Shown here one piece after another: positions 61,262 to 64,000 of a stretch of 64,000 nt of DNA. Each line of letters starts with the position of its first letter. Positions within the stretch are counted from its first letter, which is position 1. The DNA lies in assembly GCF_947568905.1 (NCBI RefSeq), contig NC_079171.1:8804001-8868000 (forward strand). Direction: 5' to 3'. Both the position numbers and the translations under genes were made by a program. Below the pieces are notes generated by a model that had not been told where the DNA came from, searched no databases, and saw nothing but the letters and a program-made list of their open reading frames with translations. This DNA comes from Ostrea edulis. Its lineage: Eukaryota.

Positions 61262-61366
61262 ATTATTGAAGATATTCCACAGTCAGTGTTTATTAAACTG
61301 ATGGAGGATAGGAGTACCTGTTGTGTGTGTAGCAATTACAAAATCATGAAAGTGTATAAACTGTAA
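61262..61366 (+). pseudogene. 3'-terminal 34 codons plus stop of a sixth TRIM copy
   Basis: IIEDIPQSVFIKLMEDRSTCCVCSNYKIMKVYKL*, followed by ~1 kb homologous to the TRIM-3 downstream flank. Confidence 0.9.
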
Positions 61367-62224
61367 ATTTCTGTAACCTTGTTTTAAATAAAATAAGAAA
61401 AATCAACTGTAGTGTTCACGCAAGTTGTCTTATACATACATTGGAAGTATTGCCTTTATTCAAGGAAACATTATTATTTCACAAGTATACTCAAGTATAT
61501 CTGCTGTAAATGTTTTTTTCTGTCTTAATTACAGGCACATAGTATCGGTTTTCAAATAAAGAGATGTTGCCGTCGGAGGTTAGCCGAATATTCTTGACAA
61601 GCAATAGACATTTTTTCACGTTTAAGGTAATACATCGTGGGCGGTTGGGTGAAGTGACGGTGGAATTTCGAGACTTCAACTAAAATCGCTAAATTGGTTT
61701 GCCCGAACTTCGATTTTTTAAAAGGGGGATGGGATTGGCAGAGCTATCGGTTTAATTCTACACTTCATTTCTCTCCTTAATTACTGCTATCCAACCTAGT
61801 GGGGGGGGGGGGGGGGGGCAGTAGTCACCCAATATATCTTTATATGCATGTTTAGGAGGTCGCACATTTGGAATTTTCAAACTTATTAACAATCATTTAT
61901 TTTTAACATAAACAGTTTTAGGTTTGGTATATTTGATTGTCCAATAGGTTTTGTTATTGAAGTTAATGTGAATAAGTTTTAAGATTTAAATATAAAGATT
62001 TGTTGCCCTATTAATGCTCTAAACTATGGATGAAATGCTAGAAACATAGAATCGCCCATGCTTCGTGGTTTGATATGATTTATATTCAACGAGTTATGTG
62101 TTTTCTATCCGTGAGCCACAAACCATGAGATAGTCTTTTTATCACATGTTAACCCCCTACGGCTATTCATTTACGTCATTGTATTGTTGGGAATTTTAAT
62201 ATCCGACATCAAATGTACGTTTTT

Positions 62225-62670
62225 GTGACGTCACAAACGGCGCATGAAAACACTGTAATAATTAGAATTTATGCAATGGGTTGTATACACTGGATAAAGA
62301 CATAGGCATGTGAAAAATGTAAGTATGTAATCGTGTGCAATAAGAAAAGTCAAACTTAATGAAATTCGCCACCCCCAACATTCTTTCTTTAAAATGAAGG
62401 ATTTAATGGTTTCTTTCTCGGGTTGGATGCTTAACTTGTCCGTGTATGTTCAGATCTGGTTGTTCTTAATCAGTGGGTCACAGTCAAATAATTTGATAAA
62501 CTTAAAGCATTGGGGTACTGGGCCAGTAGGATTTATCTTCAGTTGACGGGCTCCTTCGTACGTTTATCTAAGATAACTGATTATAGTGGTGATTTGTACC
62601 TGATCTCCTTGAGAATGTGCAGAAGTAACACCATCCAAAACCTATATTACCATGAAAGTGAAGAATATGC
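62225..62670 (+). promoter_or_regulatory. CRE palindrome, donor GTAAGT (62319) and conserved intronic module: predicted start of a further TRIM unit
   Basis: Homologous to 35913-36010, 27340-27760 and 6411-6660. Confidence 0.5.
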
Positions 62671-63379
62671 TGTAAACATATTCTGTAAACCCACGACTTA
62701 CAATAAACGTGTTCATCTAAAATTGGCGTACCATAACTGAGTGTTCATTTAAAATCCGCATACCAAAACTGAGTCAGGTCACCGATCAGCTGATTTAGGA
62801 CACAGTAAACCTTTATAGCTAGTGTTATATTGTTCTTGTAATTGCTAAATGGTAACACGTCAAACTATGTGTCGAGATGATATACATTTTTTTAAAGACA
62901 ATCATGGATGGAATTCATATCGGTTGGTTCTTCCATTTTCTGAACCCGCTGTAAATAAATTAACAAGAGGTTGGTCGTGTTGAAAAAGTGTGTACCATGT
63001 TTCCAATTCTTTTAGAATTAAAGTATCATTGCAGATATCCCAGCGTTTATAATTCGATGTGGTATATGGCTATTAAACAAGTTGAATATTGTAATTTATA
63101 TTCAAGTAAAGTCTGAATTTTAAATCTTTATGGTTGTGTTCATTTCATGCATGGATCCATCAATTCATGAAAGGTTTTAACATTGAATAATAGTTTTTTA
63201 CAAAAATGATGAATGTTTAAGAGTCGGCGATGGGATAGTAGATAATGGTTATCAAAGTGAAGATAAATTAAAGTAGAGTTGATTGCTTTCAACTTGAAAG
63301 AACCTAGTTCTTATAATATATGGTCTTGAGTGAAGATCCTGGCGACGAAGAATCAATTAATACAGTGAATTTGACTGGA

Positions 63380-63545
63380 GTTCTTGATAAACATTGACAT
63401 GAAAATGGCGAATCTTAATCCCATACACCCTGTAAAGAATACTCAATTGAGAACAGGGTATAAATGGGTCCCTCAAAGCACCAGGCATGGGATCAGGTGC
63501 CCGGGAATAGGCATCGACTGTTGACCGGTCACACCCGCCGTGAAT
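63380..63545 (-). mobile_element. Diverged Naiad-like 3' tail
   Basis: 'gggatcaggtgccc...ctgttgaccggtcacacccgccgtga' matches the family. Confidence 0.55.
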
Positions 63546-64000
63546 CATGCATCTTATTTTGCCATGTTCTTTCCTTTATGTCGTTGTTGATAATGAATGC
63601 ATGTACAAGTTATTTGGTGTGCATGCAGTGTGGTTTAGTGTGATTAGCATTGAGGGTTTTATGCATTATCCTGTACAAAAGTGTCATACTTTTAATATAT
63701 TTAATCGACTTTTGAAAAGTTATTTACAAGTTACCTGATCCAATGGAATGAATTGAACTCAATATGAAAAAATATTATAAAGGTATTAATGTAAACAGAT
63801 GTTCTATTGATGATTTCTTGTAAAATTTGCATTGTATATTCAACTAGCATTACAATGGAACCAACTTGACAGTTAATTTCACAGTTTTCTGCACAAAACA
63901 CTGTGTTGAATTATTCATGGGAATTAGTTAACCGCTGAAATAGGGCCGAAAATGGCGTTAAAACAATATTCAATCAAGAAAATAATCTCGTAAATCAAAT

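Overview
AT-rich, repeat-dense eukaryotic DNA, most likely an oyster or related bivalve (inferred from Helentron/HINE elements with ~165-bp core repeats, bivalve-type SINEs and Naiad-like retroelement tails). The core is a tandem cluster of five single-coding-exon TRIM genes (RING C3HC4, B-box1, B-box2, coiled coil, NHL-like beta-propeller). Three have intact ORFs (10721-12625 minus, 33212-35086, 59308-61182). Two are disrupted (7170-9031, 45026-46898), and a 35-codon tail of a sixth copy survives. All five share a non-coding architecture: a conserved branch point and 3' splice site about 250-320 nt before the ATG; a 5' leader containing a decayed duplicate of the gene's own first ~28 codons (a uORF in four genes); and an IRF/ISRE-type GAAANNGAAAGT site 17-19 nt before the start codon. 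The RING-coding DNA looks homogenised between paralogues while propeller loops are hypervariable. Together this suggests an IRF-responsive, diversifying TRIM-NHL receptor array (inference). Also present: an orphan last exon of a type II coronin-like gene, an intact minimal hammerhead ribozyme, an intron-containing pogo-type transposase relic, a deleted Mag-type Gypsy element, a RecQ-helicase (AcademH-like) fragment, an L2 LINE with a 79-bp flanking duplication, a 2.8-kb segmental duplication, and many MITEs, SINEs and minisatellites. All comparisons were done by eye; no database searches were run.
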